A DNA stretch of 64,000 nt. Origin: Nitrososphaeraceae archaeon. Lineage in GTDB: Archaea; Thermoproteota; Nitrososphaeria; Nitrososphaerales; Nitrososphaeraceae. The stretch is from NCBI GenBank assembly GCA_035250975.1, contig DATFEP010000063.1, forward strand, positions 1-64,000. Reading direction: 5' to 3'. Shown piece by piece: positions 63,351 to 64,000 of the stretch. Made by a program: the position numbers and the translations under genes. The notes beneath the pieces were generated by a model, which ran no database searches, was not told where the DNA came from, and saw only the letters and a list, made by a program, of their open reading frames with translations. How positions within the stretch are numbered: position 1 is the first letter of the stretch; every line of letters begins with the position of its first letter.

Positions 63351-64000
63351 TGATCTCGATATTGTTAGCATGTTGTCGGATTTTTTGACTAAATTCTTTT
63401 TCTATTTTTTAACTTGGTAATTATGTCTAGAATTTGTATTGATATTAATGATTCCTCTTATATACATGAATTGCTTCGGTAATCCATCAAATCATCATAC
63501 ATACAAATATTACAAAACCATATTTTGCGATTTTAGTTAGTACATCAAGAGAAGGAGGAGAAGAAGAAGGTAACAGGAATAATATTAGTATAAGAGAGAA
63601 TAGCAAGTAATAATCTAATAGTTTGGGATTTACTTGTAATTTCTTTAAAAATAAATTTGGATGTATCATCTATCCATTCGTTTAGATTTAGTGGGAACTC
63701 ATTGTTATTTCGTCAATTTTAATAATAAATAGAACTAATAATAAATATGATTATGATTTAATTTTGTTATATTCATTCTTTGTGTCATTATCTAACCCAC
63801 ATTACTGAATACTTTGATTTTATAGATACACCTAACAACTCAGCCAATTGCGTTAAGCTGTGAAACTCCTTTTACCCCTGTTGTTGCCATTATGATTAGA
63901 TAAAACTTTTATCGTTGGAAAATTCTTTTATTCCTTCAGATATTTATCCGAAATTCTAATGAATTAATACTGTTTAGATATTATTAAGAAGTTTTAAATA

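Noticed and set aside
866-63371. Short antisense or alternate-frame ORFs in the track (e.g. 866..1171, 4275..4535, 12908..13219, 23578..25034 set, 55161..55490, 56558..56917, 60526..60951, 63060..63371)
   Set aside because: They are shadows of well-supported genes; the His-rich ones (12908, 60526, 61549) arise from ATG/CCA-rich repeats read in another frame or strand
63487-63669. 60-aa minus ORF near the right edge
   Set aside because: Low-complexity, no motif, no supporting context

Overview
Very AT-rich archaeal DNA. The rps26e, CTP synthase, NAD kinase-wHTH, archaetidylinositol-phosphate-synthase-like genes and many lineage-typical secreted proteins point to a soil ammonia-oxidising archaeon (Nitrososphaeraceae, possibly Nitrosocosmicus-like; inference from recognised protein families, no search run). 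About 1-49 kb is a gene-sparse accessory region with long spacers, many pseudogenes and IS remnants (IS630, two IS5/IS903-group pieces). It carries F420-dependent oxidoreductases, an SQR-like flavoprotein, a TauE/SafE exporter, metallophosphoesterases, an MFS pump, ferritin, M23 peptidase, PEP synthase, two wHTH-methyltransferases, OsmC, UspA, a YnfA pair, an AEP primase-PriX fusion, Hsp20, MGMT and a Vgb-like lyase. About 53-59 kb is compact core genome, followed by a 1346-aa secreted LamG/Cys-Pro-repeat/Ig-like/phosphoesterase protein. The most unusual non-coding signal is a set of dispersed intergenic 35-50 bp repeats, one type resembling tRNA 3' ends; pairs of them bracket single genes as direct repeats, suggesting cassette-like gene insertion. 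No integrase, rRNA, complete tRNA or CRISPR array was seen. All family calls come from motif recognition by eye.
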